The notes under the pieces: model-generated
Told to the model about the DNA's origin: nothing
Database searches by the model: none
What the model saw: only the letters and a program-made list of their open reading frames with translations
Position numbers and translations under genes: made by a program
Assembly (NCBI RefSeq): GCF_016793825.1
Contig: NZ_JAEULM010000016.1
Span: forward strand, 33,930-97,929
DNA length: 64,000 bases
Source of the DNA: Sphingopyxis sp.
GTDB taxonomy: Bacteria > Pseudomonadota > Alphaproteobacteria > Sphingomonadales > Sphingomonadaceae
Direction of reading: 5' to 3'
In this document: piece after piece, positions 1 to 9,135 of the stretch
Position numbering within the stretch: position 1 is the stretch's first letter
Layout of the letters: the number at the start of each line of letters is the position of its first letter

Positions 1-77
1 TCAACAAGCGCTTCGGCGGTCTTACGCTCAAGCGTTGATCGATCGTTTCCTCCCCGTCGCCAAGCGATGGGGGCGGA

Positions 78-1550
78 TCAGCCCAGAACCTTTGCAAGCG
101 CGCTTTGCCATCCGGCAAGGCGCGTTTTGCGTTTGTCGGCGTCGAGCGACGGCGTAAAGCGAGTGGCGGTTCCGCGCATCGCGGCGGCGGCGCTAGCAAG
201 GTCGGGGTAGAGCCCGGCGCCCGTCGCGGCGAGCATCGCAGCGCCGAGCGCGGTGCTTTCGACAAAGTCGGGGCGCTCGACGGCGATCGCCAGCATGTCG
301 GCCAGATCCTGTGCCATCCAGTCGTTCGCCGCCATGCCGCCGTCGATGCGCACCTCGGCCCAATCGACGCCATCGGCTGCGAAAGCCGACTTCAGGTCAT
401 GTGCCTGATAGGCTTGTGCCTCGAGCGCGGCGCGAGCGACGTGCGCCTTGCCGCTTGCAAAGCTCAGCCCCGATAGCGCCGCGAGCGCGTCGGGCCGCCA
501 ATGTGGCGCGCCGAGGCCGGCGAGCGCGGGTACGAGATAGACACCGCCGTTGTCGGCGACCGAGCGGGCGAGTCCTTCGCTCTCGCTCGCGCTTGCGAGC
601 AGGCCGAGCCCGTCGCGCAGCCATTTGATCAGGCTGCCCGCGACGAACACCGACCCTTCGAGCGCATAGCTTCGGCTATCGCCTTCCTGCACGAGGATGG
701 TGGCGAGCAGGCGGTTGGTCGACACGGGGCGCGAGGCGCCGCTTGCGGAGAGGATGAAGGCGCCGGTGCCGAAGGTTGCCTTGGTTTGCCCCGGCGACAG
801 ACAGGCCTGCCCGATCGTTGCCGCTTGCTGGTCGCCCGCCATGCCGGAAATGGGTATTGCGCTGCCGAACAGCGTCGGATCGGTCATGCCGACGGTCGTG
901 GTGCAGCCGGTGATTTCGGGCAGCAGGCCCATGGGGACACCCAGCAGGTCACATAGCTCGCGATCCCAGCCGCCGCGCCCGTTGATGTCCATGAGCAGCG
1001 TGCGCGAAGCGTTGCTTGCATCGGTGACATGGACCCCGCCGGTCAGGCGATAGACAAGATAGGACTCGACCGTTCCGACCGCGAGCCGGTCGCCCGCTTC
1101 GGTCAACTGCGGCCAATGCTTCAGTGCCCAGCCGATCTTGGTGCCTGAAAAATAGGGGTCGAGCAGCAGGCCGCTCCTCGCCTGCGCCATCGGCTCGTGC
1201 CCCGCCTCCTTGAGTGCCGCGCAGTCGGGCGCCGAGCGGCGGTCCTGCCAGACGATGGCGGGCGCCAGGGGTTCGCCGGTCTCCCGGTCCCAGAAAACGA
1301 CGGTCTCGCGCTGGTTGGTGATGCCGATCGCCGCGACCGCATCCGCGCCGCCGGCCTGGGCGATCATCTCGCGCGTGCAGGCGAGGGTCGCGTCCCAGAT
1401 TTCCGCGGCGTCATGTTCGACAAGGCCGGGGCCGGGATAATATTGCCGGAACTCGCGCTGCGCACTGCCAAGCGGCGTGCCGTCCGCGGCAAAGAGCATG
1501 GTGCGGGTCGAGGTGGTGCCTTCGTCGATGACGATGATTTTCTCGGCCAT
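78..1550 (-). CDS. glpK: Glycerol kinase
   Basis: FGGY kinase motifs IDEGTTSTR, ITNQRET, DPYFSGTK, GDQQAA, TFGTGAF. Start moved to MAEKIIVID (CAT at 1548-1550), which has a GGAGAGG-like RBS upstream on the minus strand. Confidence 0.95.
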   Translation of the reverse strand: MAEKIIVIDEGTTSTRTMLFAADGTPLGSAQREFRQYYPGPGLVEHDAAEIWDATLACTREMIAQAGGADAVAAIGITNQRETVVFWDRETGEPLAPAIVWQDRRSAPDCAALKEAGHEPMAQARSGLLLDPYFSGTKIGWALKHWPQLTEAGDRLAVGTVESYLVYRLTGGVHVTDASNASRTLLMDINGRGGWDRELCDLLGVPMGLLPEITGCTTTVGMTDPTLFGSAIPISGMAGDQQAATIGQACLSPGQTKATFGTGAFILSASGASRPVSTNRLLATILVQEGDSRSYALEGSVFVAGSLIKWLRDGLGLLASASESEGLARSVADNGGVYLVPALAGLGAPHWRPDALAALSGLSFASGKAHVARAALEAQAYQAHDLKSAFAADGVDWAEVRIDGGMAANDWMAQDLADMLAIAVERPDFVESTALGAAMLAATGAGLYPDLASAAAAMRGTATRFTPSLDADKRKTRLAGWQSALAKVLG

Positions 1551-1859
1551 GATCCTCTCCCTCTTTCGTATTTGATGACGAAAGAAAGGCGCCGCGACAA
1601 GATGCGCGACACTTACATTCGTAACCGACTTGCAAAATTGCGCCGGCCATGCCATATATTGTGCAGCGCAGCATGGCGGGATTATCCGTCGCAACACCCG
1701 GCAGCGTGATTTTCCCGCCCGTTTCAGGCGCGGGACGAGCCGGATTCGCGCTTTGTCCCCAGAGGCACCCTTTCACGCGGGTCGTTTCGAACCCGCGGCC
1801 GTGCGCCGTCCGTTCGATGCGAACGGATGCGCCTGCGCGTCGCCCTATGTGAGTATATT

Positions 1860-3242
1860 ATGACGACTTTCAATGACTTTGGTCTGCACGCCGACATTAA
1901 TCGCGCGCTTGCCGCCAAGGATTACACCACCCCGACACCGATTCAGACGCAGGCGATCCCGCCGCTGATGAAGGGTCGCGACCTGTGTGGTATTGCGCAG
2001 ACCGGTACCGGCAAGACCGCCGGTTTTTCGCTGCCGTCGATTCACCACCTGCTGACCTATCCGCACCGCACCAACCCGCGTAGCTGCCGGATGCTCGTGC
2101 TGGCGCCGACGCGGGAACTCGCCGCGCAGATCGCGCAGAGCTGCCGCGATTATGGCCGCTTTACCAAGCTGCGGGTATCGACCGTGTTCGGCGGCGTGCC
2201 GATCAACAAGCAGATCCGCGACCTCAGTCAGGGTGTCGACATCCTTGTCGCAACGCCGGGCCGTTTGCTCGACCTGATCGACCAGCGGGCGCTGCGTCTC
2301 GACGACGTCGAGGTCTTTGTCCTCGATGAAGCAGACCAGATGATGGACATGGGCTTCATCCATTCGCTGCGCCGCATCGCCAAGCTGCTGCCGTCGCGCC
2401 GCCAGAACCTGTTCTTTTCGGCCACCATGCCCAAGGAGATCGCGCATCTGGCCGAGCAGTTCCTGAACGATCCGGTTACCGTCTCGGTCACGCCGCAGGC
2501 GACGACGGTGGAAAAGATCCGCCAGTTCTCGACCTTCGTTGAACAGAAGGAAAAGCAGGCCCTGCTCCATGCCGTCATTGCGCGTGAGGCGATCGACCGC
2601 GCCCTGATCTTCACCCGTACCAAGCATGGCGCGGACCGCGTCGTGCGCCATCTGGCAGGCGCGGGGATCAAGGCGATGGCGATCCATGGCAACAAGAGCC
2701 AGTCGCAGCGCACCCATGCGTTGCAGGCGTTCCGTTCGGGCGACATCAAACTGCTCGTCGCGACCGACATCGCCGCGCGCGGTATCGACGTCTCGGGGGT
2801 CAGCCATGTGATCAATTTCGAGATTCCAAATGTTCCCGAACAATATGTCCACCGCATCGGGCGCACCGCGCGCGCCGGCGCGGAAGGCGTGGCGATCAGC
2901 TTCATCGCACCTGACGAACGGCCCTATATGAGGGATATCGAGCGCGTCACCCGGTCCAAATCCGAACCGATGCCGCTGCCCGACAATTTCAGCGAGATGG
3001 TGCGCAACCTGCCCAAGCCGGCGCAGCCGCCGCGCGATACCGGCAGCAAGGGGCGCAACCCGCAGCGCCAGCGCGAAGACGCGCTGCGCGGCCGCGACGC
3101 GGGCAAACCGCGCGGCGACCGTGGTCCGCGCCGGGATGGCGCCGCCGCCGTCGAAGGTGGCGAGGGCCAGCGCAAGCGTCGTTTCCGTCCCCGCAACAAG
3201 AGCGTGGGCGCGCACAAGGGCGCGGTAAAGCGGGTCGGCTGA
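1860..3242 (+). CDS. DEAD-box ATP-dependent RNA helicase (RhlE-like)
   Basis: Motifs AQTGTGKT, LAPTRELA, DEAD, SAT, HRIGRTAR, plus a basic low-complexity C-terminal tail. Start set at MTTFNDFG (1860). Confidence 0.95.
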   Translation: MTTFNDFGLHADINRALAAKDYTTPTPIQTQAIPPLMKGRDLCGIAQTGTGKTAGFSLPSIHHLLTYPHRTNPRSCRMLVLAPTRELAAQIAQSCRDYGRFTKLRVSTVFGGVPINKQIRDLSQGVDILVATPGRLLDLIDQRALRLDDVEVFVLDEADQMMDMGFIHSLRRIAKLLPSRRQNLFFSATMPKEIAHLAEQFLNDPVTVSVTPQATTVEKIRQFSTFVEQKEKQALLHAVIAREAIDRALIFTRTKHGADRVVRHLAGAGIKAMAIHGNKSQSQRTHALQAFRSGDIKLLVATDIAARGIDVSGVSHVINFEIPNVPEQYVHRIGRTARAGAEGVAISFIAPDERPYMRDIERVTRSKSEPMPLPDNFSEMVRNLPKPAQPPRDTGSKGRNPQRQREDALRGRDAGKPRGDRGPRRDGAAAVEGGEGQRKRRFRPRNKSVGAHKGAVKRVG

Positions 3243-3263
3243 ATCCCGCACATTCTGGCGCGT

Positions 3264-3350
3264 GTTCGCGCCGAGCTTGTCGAAGTACCGATCTTTCCTC
3301 TAGCGTCCGACGCAGAGGGACGACGGTGCCTTGACGGGCTCGGTGCGAAC
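3264..3350 (+). repeat. Imperfect inverted-repeat (REPIN-like) intergenic element with 27-nt arms
   Basis: Arm 3264-3290 GTTCGCGCCGAGCTTGTCGAAGTACCG pairs with 3324-3350. On the + strand there are 5 G-U pairs and 1 mismatch. An inner CCTCT/AGAGG stem lies between the arms. Confidence 0.75.
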
Positions 3351-3361
3351 GGGGGCAGAGG

Positions 3362-5020
3362 ATGATCGGACAGGCTGCTGGGGAAACCGCCGAAACGTCA
3401 CAAAGCCAGCGCAAGGTCATCCTGGCGTCGTCGCTCGGCACCGTGTTCGAATGGTATGATTTCTACCTCTATGGCCTGCTTGCGACGATCATTTCGGCGC
3501 AGTTCTTTTCGGGCGTCGACGAGACCACGGGCTTCATCTTCGCGCTGGCGGCTTTTGCTGCGGGCTTTGCGGTACGACCGTTCGGTGCGCTGGTTTTCGG
3601 GCGCATCGGTGACCTCGTGGGGCGCAAGAACACCTTTCTGGTGACCATGGGCCTTATGGGCCTTTCGACCTTTCTGGTCGGCGTGCTGCCAGGCTATGCA
3701 TCGATCGGCGTCGCGGCGCCGGTGTTGCTTGTCCTTCTTCGCCTTGTGCAGGGGTTGGCGCTGGGCGGCGAATATGGCGGCGCGGCAACCTATGTCGCCG
3801 AACATGCGCCGGAAGGAAAACGGGGGCTCTTCACCAGCTTCATCCAGACCACGGCGACGCTCGGGCTGTTCGCGGCGCTCGGTGTGGTGATCATCATCCG
3901 CTCGCTGATCGGTGAGGAAGCCTTTGCCGACTGGGGCTGGCGCCTGCCGTTTCTCATTTCGGTGATCCTGCTCGGAGTGTCGCTCTGGATCCGTCTCCAG
4001 CTCGAAGAGAGCCCGGTCTTTCAGCAAATGAAAGCGGAAGGCACGACCTCGAAGGCCCCTCTCACCGAAGCCTTCGGGCGCTGGGCGAACCTGAAATGGG
4101 TTGTCATCGCACTCTTCGGCGCGGTCGCGGGGCAGGCGGTCGTCTGGTATTCGGGTCAATTCTATGCGCTGTTCTTTCTCGAAAAAACGCTGAAGGTCGA
4201 TGGCGCGACGGCCAATATCATGATCGCCATCGCGCTGGCACTCGGCACGCCCTTCTTCATTTTCTTTGGCTGGCTCAGCGACAAGATCGGACGCAAGCCG
4301 ATCATCCTCGCGGGCTGCACGCTCGCCGCGCTGACCTATTTTCCGGCGTTCCAGATGCTGACCAGTGCCGCCAATCCGGCACTGGCAGAGGCGCAGGCGC
4401 GCGCACCGGTCACGGTCCTGACGTCGCATGGGAAATGCTCGTTCCAGTTCGATCCGATCGGTAAGAACAAGTTCAACGGCAGCGGCTGCGACATCGCCAA
4501 ATCCTACCTCGCCAAGGCCGGCATTCCGTATGAGCATGTCGTACAGAACTCTCGGCGCTGGGACAGATCCATCACCATCGTTCGGGTTGGCGACACCGGC
4601 GTCGATATCCCCGAACCCGGACAATATGATGGCGCCGAAGGTGGGATGACGAAGCCGCTGGAAACGGCGCTGAAGGCTGCCGGTTATCCCGCCAGGGCCG
4701 ACCCGGCGCGGATCGACAAGCCGATGGTCGTCGCGATCCTCTTCTATCTCGTCCTGCTCGTGACGATGGTTTACGGGCCGATCGCGGCGCTGCTGGTCGA
4801 ACTGTTCCCCAGCCGCATTCGCTACACCGCAATGTCGCTACCTTATCATATCGGCAACGGCTGGTTCGGAGGTTTTCTACCGACAACGGCGTTCGCGATG
4901 GTCGCGGCCACCGGTAATATCTATTATGGCCTATGGTACCCGGTGGTGGTCGCGGCGGCCACGGTCGTCGTCGGGCTGCTGTTCCTGCCCGAGACATTCC
5001 GCAGACCGATCCACGCATAG
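3362..5020 (+). CDS. MFS transporter, metabolite:H+ symporter (MHS) family, with an inserted extramembrane domain
   Basis: Motifs GTVFEWYDF, RPFGALVFGRIGDLVGRK, GGEYGGA, LSDKIGRKP, ELFPSRIRYT. A hydrophilic insert of about 120 aa lies in the C-terminal half. Confidence 0.92.
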   Translation: MIGQAAGETAETSQSQRKVILASSLGTVFEWYDFYLYGLLATIISAQFFSGVDETTGFIFALAAFAAGFAVRPFGALVFGRIGDLVGRKNTFLVTMGLMGLSTFLVGVLPGYASIGVAAPVLLVLLRLVQGLALGGEYGGAATYVAEHAPEGKRGLFTSFIQTTATLGLFAALGVVIIIRSLIGEEAFADWGWRLPFLISVILLGVSLWIRLQLEESPVFQQMKAEGTTSKAPLTEAFGRWANLKWVVIALFGAVAGQAVVWYSGQFYALFFLEKTLKVDGATANIMIAIALALGTPFFIFFGWLSDKIGRKPIILAGCTLAALTYFPAFQMLTSAANPALAEAQARAPVTVLTSHGKCSFQFDPIGKNKFNGSGCDIAKSYLAKAGIPYEHVVQNSRRWDRSITIVRVGDTGVDIPEPGQYDGAEGGMTKPLETALKAAGYPARADPARIDKPMVVAILFYLVLLVTMVYGPIAALLVELFPSRIRYTAMSLPYHIGNGWFGGFLPTTAFAMVAATGNIYYGLWYPVVVAAATVVVGLLFLPETFRRPIHA

Positions 5021-5075
5021 GACGGATTGACGGAGCCGGCCGGCAAGCTAGGGTTCGCCGGCTCGGAGGGGGCGT

Positions 5076-6131
5076 ATGCAGACGATCGATGAGGACGACT
5101 TCGAACCGCCGGTAGCGCGGCGTCCGTTATTTCGCCGCAAGCGGGTTCTGGTCCCGCTCGGTTTTCTTCTGGCCATTCTCGCCGCATTCCTGATGCTCCG
5201 CACCGCGGACACCGATCCGGATGCGATGATTGCCAAATATGGCGGCCCCAATGCAGCCTTCGCGGCCGGACCCGCGGGCCAGCGGATTCATTACCGCGAC
5301 GAGGGAAAGCGTGACGGCACGCCGATCGTCCTGATTCACGGTGCGAACAGCAGCCTCCAGACGTGGGAACCGCTCGTGCAGCGGCTTGGCGCCGACTACC
5401 GCATCGTCACGCTCGACCTGCCGGGTCACGGGCTGACCGGCGCTACCCCCGACACCGACTATTCGGCGGACGGCATGATGGCCGCGGTCGACGTCGTCGC
5501 GGCGAAGCTCGGACTCGACCACTTCGTCATTGGCGGCAATTCCATGGGTGGCTGGGTTGCCTGGCGCTATGCGCTGGAGCGCCCGGATCATGTCGACGCC
5601 CTGCTGCTGATCGACGCGGCGGGGATGCCGCTGCGCAAGGGCGAGAAGGCGCCGCAATCGAACGTGGGATTTCGTGTTCTTCAATATCCTCTCGGCCGCT
5701 GGCTTGCGACGCAGATCACGCCGCGTATGCTGGTCGAGGAATCGCTGCGCGGCTCGGTCGAAAATCAGGCGATCGTCAATGACGCTATGATCGACCGTTA
5801 TTGGGAATTGCTGCGCTTTCCGGGGAATCGCGAGGCGACGGTGATGCGCGCGCGGATGGACCGCGAACCCGCGATGGCGGCACGCGTCGGCGAAATCCAG
5901 GCGCCGACGCTGATCCTGTTCGGCAAGCAGGACAGGCTGATCAACGCCAGCGCGGCGCAGACCTTTCACGAGCGGATAGCGGGGTCTGAGGTCGTGCTGT
6001 TCGATGGCGTCGGGCACCTGCCGATGGAAGAATCACCCGATCGGACTGCGGCGGTCATCGCCGATTTCCTCAAGCGGCGGCTTGTCCCGCGCCCGACCGT
6101 TCCATCGGCATCGGATCCAGAAACGCGCTGA
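5076..6131 (+). CDS. Alpha/beta hydrolase with N-terminal membrane anchor
   Basis: LIHG oxyanion motif, DLPGHG, nucleophile elbow GNSMGG, C-terminal GHLPMEE. Confidence 0.9.
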   Translation: MQTIDEDDFEPPVARRPLFRRKRVLVPLGFLLAILAAFLMLRTADTDPDAMIAKYGGPNAAFAAGPAGQRIHYRDEGKRDGTPIVLIHGANSSLQTWEPLVQRLGADYRIVTLDLPGHGLTGATPDTDYSADGMMAAVDVVAAKLGLDHFVIGGNSMGGWVAWRYALERPDHVDALLLIDAAGMPLRKGEKAPQSNVGFRVLQYPLGRWLATQITPRMLVEESLRGSVENQAIVNDAMIDRYWELLRFPGNREATVMRARMDREPAMAARVGEIQAPTLILFGKQDRLINASAAQTFHERIAGSEVVLFDGVGHLPMEESPDRTAAVIADFLKRRLVPRPTVPSASDPETR

Positions 6132-6837
6132 TCCGTTCCGCGACCTGCGTGGCGTGAGTAAAGGGAAAGAGGTGCGATCCCGGCACCACTTCCAGTACGG
6201 CGCCATCGATCAGATCGGCGATCGCCTGTCCGTGGCAGGCTGGAACGACGCCGTCGCGCTCGCCCATCAGGATCAGGACTGGAAGTCCTTTTAGATGCGG
6301 CAGCATCGCGGTGCTGGTCCAGCCGGCCATCGCCATCGTCTGGTAGGTGAGGCCGAGCGGCGTCGCCGTGGGCAGCTTCAATCCGCTCGCCAGCATGTCG
6401 TCGTCCAGCATTGCGGCCCAACCGATCCCCGGCGCCGTGACGGCAGGCGTCGTTGCCATCAGCACCAGCCGCCGGATGCGGCCTGGAAACTGAATTGCGA
6501 TCTGCTGTGCCATCGCGCCGCCCCAACTGAACCCGGCAAGGTCGATCTGCACATGGCCTAGGCGGTCGGCGATTTCCATAACCACCGCTGCCATCGTCGG
6601 GGCGCCATAGGGCAGCAGGGCATCGGGCGACCCGCCGACGCCGGGCATGTCCAGCGTCCACACTTCGCGGCCATGAAGCTGGGCAAGCAGCGGTGCCGCT
6701 GCGGTAATATCGGCGCCGATGCCGTTGAGGAACAGGAGCGGTGTTCCCCCCGCGTCGGCACGCCAGCGTGCGACGCGCAGCGTCAGGCCATAGACATGTT
6801 CGGTGGTGAGGGACGGGTTCCCGCTGATCCTGCTCAT
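6070..6837 (-). CDS. Alpha/beta hydrolase, PHA-depolymerase (PhaZ)-like
   Basis: LLFLNGIGA, DMPGVGGS, GFSWGGAMAQQ (resembles Pseudomonas PhaZ GVSWGGALAQQ), GERDGVV, GSH. Start moved to MSRISGNP (6837). Confidence 0.75.
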   Translation of the reverse strand: MSRISGNPSLTTEHVYGLTLRVARWRADAGGTPLLFLNGIGADITAAAPLLAQLHGREVWTLDMPGVGGSPDALLPYGAPTMAAVVMEIADRLGHVQIDLAGFSWGGAMAQQIAIQFPGRIRRLVLMATTPAVTAPGIGWAAMLDDDMLASGLKLPTATPLGLTYQTMAMAGWTSTAMLPHLKGLPVLILMGERDGVVPACHGQAIADLIDGAVLEVVPGSHLFPFTHATQVAERISAFLDPMPMERSGAGQAAA

Positions 6838-6883
6838 GCGCCCAGCCTTGGCACAGGTTGGAAGCGGACGAAAGGCCGCCGCG

Positions 6884-7132
6884 TCAACTCGCCTGCTTCG
6901 CCGCTTCCGCCGCCGCCTGCTCGTAGCGCAGACAGTCGAAGATCTTGGCCCCCGCGAGGAAGACCGAGCCGCTGCAGGCGACGAGCAGCAGCTTTCCGCC
7001 GATGCCGGGATAATGGTCGAGATAGGCCATGCCGCGCGCCATCGCCCCGACGCCGAGGGCATAAATGATCAGACACGCTTCGAGGCGAGTCTTGATGACG
7101 AACAGGCGTCCGATTTTTTTCAACATTACCAT
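6884..7132 (-). CDS. Small two-TM membrane protein of unknown function (82 aa)
   Basis: Two hydrophobic segments and an Ala/Lys tail. It fills the gap between neighbouring genes in the same orientation. Confidence 0.75.
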   Translation of the reverse strand: MVMLKKIGRLFVIKTRLEACLIIYALGVGAMARGMAYLDHYPGIGGKLLLVACSGSVFLAGAKIFDCLRYEQAAAEAAKQAS

Positions 7133-7192
7133 ACCCTAGGCAAGCGCCGTGCCAGTGGCGCAAATCGGGGATTCGACGCGACCGGCTTATGG

Positions 7193-7208
7193 TAAACTGT
7201 AAATTAAC
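7193..7208. promoter_or_regulatory. Putative CtrA-like box
   Basis: TAAA-ctgtaaa-TTAAC differs by one base from TTAA-N7-TTAAC. GANTC sites lie at 7170-7174 and 7248-7252. Confidence 0.35.
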
Positions 7209-7269
7209 TCGACAGACGATCAAGCGCGTCGATCATGCCGCCCTTCTGAATCGGGTTCCGTGCGGGAAA

Positions 7270-7779
7270 TCAGATGGCGTTTCGTTCGACTTCGGCCACG
7301 GCGAGCAGTTTGACCATCAGTATGAACTTTTCGAGCGTTTCCTTGCTGGCACCCTTCAGTGCGTCACCGATTTCGGGGTCGGCGTGCAACATGTGGGTGA
7401 GCACAAGCTCGAATTCTGCATCTCCCGAGCCGGTCTTCGCCAGATTGCGGATTTGTCCCAGCGGCCTCGTGCGCAATACTGCAAGCGCAGTATGGCTCCA
7501 CGTCGGATGACCGAGCTGGCGGGCCAGCGTGTCGGCTGCAAACCGCATGGCGGCCGAACCGTTGGCGTGCAGTGCGCTATCGACGGACCAGCGTTCGGGA
7601 CGGGCGCACCGATCGACGGCAATTGTCAGCGCGTCGATATCCGCGGCGCTGCGGGGACGCCTGGCGATTATCGCGTCGCCTATCGACGCGCGGACGTCGG
7701 GCGTGACGGCTTCATAGACGCAATCGCCGGGCGCCGCAGATTGCAGCATCAATGCCAACGCCGACATCAGGAACGACAT
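7270..7779 (-). CDS. Hypothetical exported protein
   Basis: Signal-peptide-like MSFLMSALALMLQSAAP followed by a helical-looking domain with two Cys. Start moved to 7779. Confidence 0.6.
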   Translation of the reverse strand: MSFLMSALALMLQSAAPGDCVYEAVTPDVRASIGDAIIARRPRSAADIDALTIAVDRCARPERWSVDSALHANGSAAMRFAADTLARQLGHPTWSHTALAVLRTRPLGQIRNLAKTGSGDAEFELVLTHMLHADPEIGDALKGASKETLEKFILMVKLLAVAEVERNAI

Positions 7780-7881
7780 GGGGAGTATCCTCTGATCATT
7801 GCCCAGACGGGATATGTACCGCGGATGCCGTGGCGGCAAAGCGAGTTTGGTTGCCCCGGCAGGTTTCGCCGTTCGCTCCAG

Positions 7882-9132
7882 CTATTCGAGTTCGCCCAGA
7901 TCCAGTGCGTGCAACAAGGCCGCGCGAGCGCGCCGAACATCGCGGACGAGCGCGGCGGAGGCGAGGTCTCCGGGCGCGATCGCTTCGGGCCAGTACGCCG
8001 CAACGACCTCCGCAATTCGGTCGAGTGTCGCCGGATCCGCCATGAAGCGCGGATCGATGGCCGCCGGCTCCGCGACGACGCGCAAGCGCAGGCAGGCAGG
8101 GCCGCCCCCGTTCGCCATCGACTGGCGAACATCGACCGGCAGCAGCCGGCGAATCGGACCGTTGCCCGCGACATGCGCCTCCAGCCAGCGCCAGACCGGC
8201 TCGATCGCGCGGGCCTCGGTCGGCAAAACCAGCCCCATACCGCCATCCTCCGGCAGGCTGACGAGCTGGGCATTGAAGAGATAGGATTGGATCGCCTCGG
8301 GCAGGCTCACCGCACTGGCCGGCACCTCGACGATCTCGACCTCGGGGAAGGCGGCGCGGATCTGCGCATGCGCGCCGACGCGATCCTCGAACGCGGTCTC
8401 GTGTGTAAAGAGCACGCGCTCGTTTGCGACCGCGACCACGTCGTTGTGGAAGGCGCCGCCCTGAATGGCAACGTCCGACTGCTGAATGAACAGCGTGCGC
8501 GCCGGATCGAGCCGATGCTTGCGGGCGATCGCCTTCGACGCATCGAGGTGCTGGCGCGCGGGGAAGCGACCGCCACCGACTCCGTAAACGAAGATTTCGA
8601 CACCGGGCGACCCGTGCCCCGCACAGAGCCGCATATGGTTCGCGGCCCCTTCGTCGCCGAAGGGGGCGGGAACGGGGCCATGAACGGCGAACGCCGGATT
8701 GGCGAAGGCCAGGCGAAGCTGCGCCAGCGTGCCCTGCCATTCGTGGCTGCGATGCGGCATGGTGACGAGGTTCGCGACCGTCAGATGGCATTTGCCGTCG
8801 CCGCTGTCGGGAGCAGGAGAGACCGTTGCGGCGTTGGCGGCCCACATCGACGACGCCGACCAGGCTTGCGCGCGCAAGTGCGGTTCGGCGGCATCGATCG
8901 ATGTGGATAGCGTTTCGAGCCAGGGTGCATCGGGCCGGTTGAGCGGCATGAAAAACCCCTGAGGCAGGCCGAGCGCTAAATTGTGGCGCATCTTCTCGAT
9001 GCCCTGCAGCGCCGCGGCGCGCGGCTGCGAAACATCGCCGGCATTGTTCGCCGACGCGATGTTGCCGCGGCTCAGCCCGGCGTAGTTGTGGCTGGGACCG
9101 ATGATCCCGTCGAAGTTGATTTCGGTGAGCAT
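7882..9132 (-). CDS. astB: N-succinylarginine dihydrolase
   Basis: EINFDGIIGPSHNYAGLS, SASSMWAANAAT, GDEGAANH, FHNDVVAV, SMANGGGPACLRLRV. Confidence 0.96.
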   Translation of the reverse strand: MLTEINFDGIIGPSHNYAGLSRGNIASANNAGDVSQPRAAALQGIEKMRHNLALGLPQGFFMPLNRPDAPWLETLSTSIDAAEPHLRAQAWSASSMWAANAATVSPAPDSGDGKCHLTVANLVTMPHRSHEWQGTLAQLRLAFANPAFAVHGPVPAPFGDEGAANHMRLCAGHGSPGVEIFVYGVGGGRFPARQHLDASKAIARKHRLDPARTLFIQQSDVAIQGGAFHNDVVAVANERVLFTHETAFEDRVGAHAQIRAAFPEVEIVEVPASAVSLPEAIQSYLFNAQLVSLPEDGGMGLVLPTEARAIEPVWRWLEAHVAGNGPIRRLLPVDVRQSMANGGGPACLRLRVVAEPAAIDPRFMADPATLDRIAEVVAAYWPEAIAPGDLASAALVRDVRRARAALLHALDLGELE

Positions 9133-9135
9133 GGC

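Noticed and set aside
1-38. Possible 3' end of a + strand gene (...NKRFGGLTLKR*), followed by a GC hairpin at about 51-72
   Set aside because: Too short to assign a product.
4606-4625. IPEPG in the MFS protein, resembling a PEP-CTERM motif
   Set aside because: It is internal to a polytopic transporter and is not followed by a terminal TM helix and basic tail.
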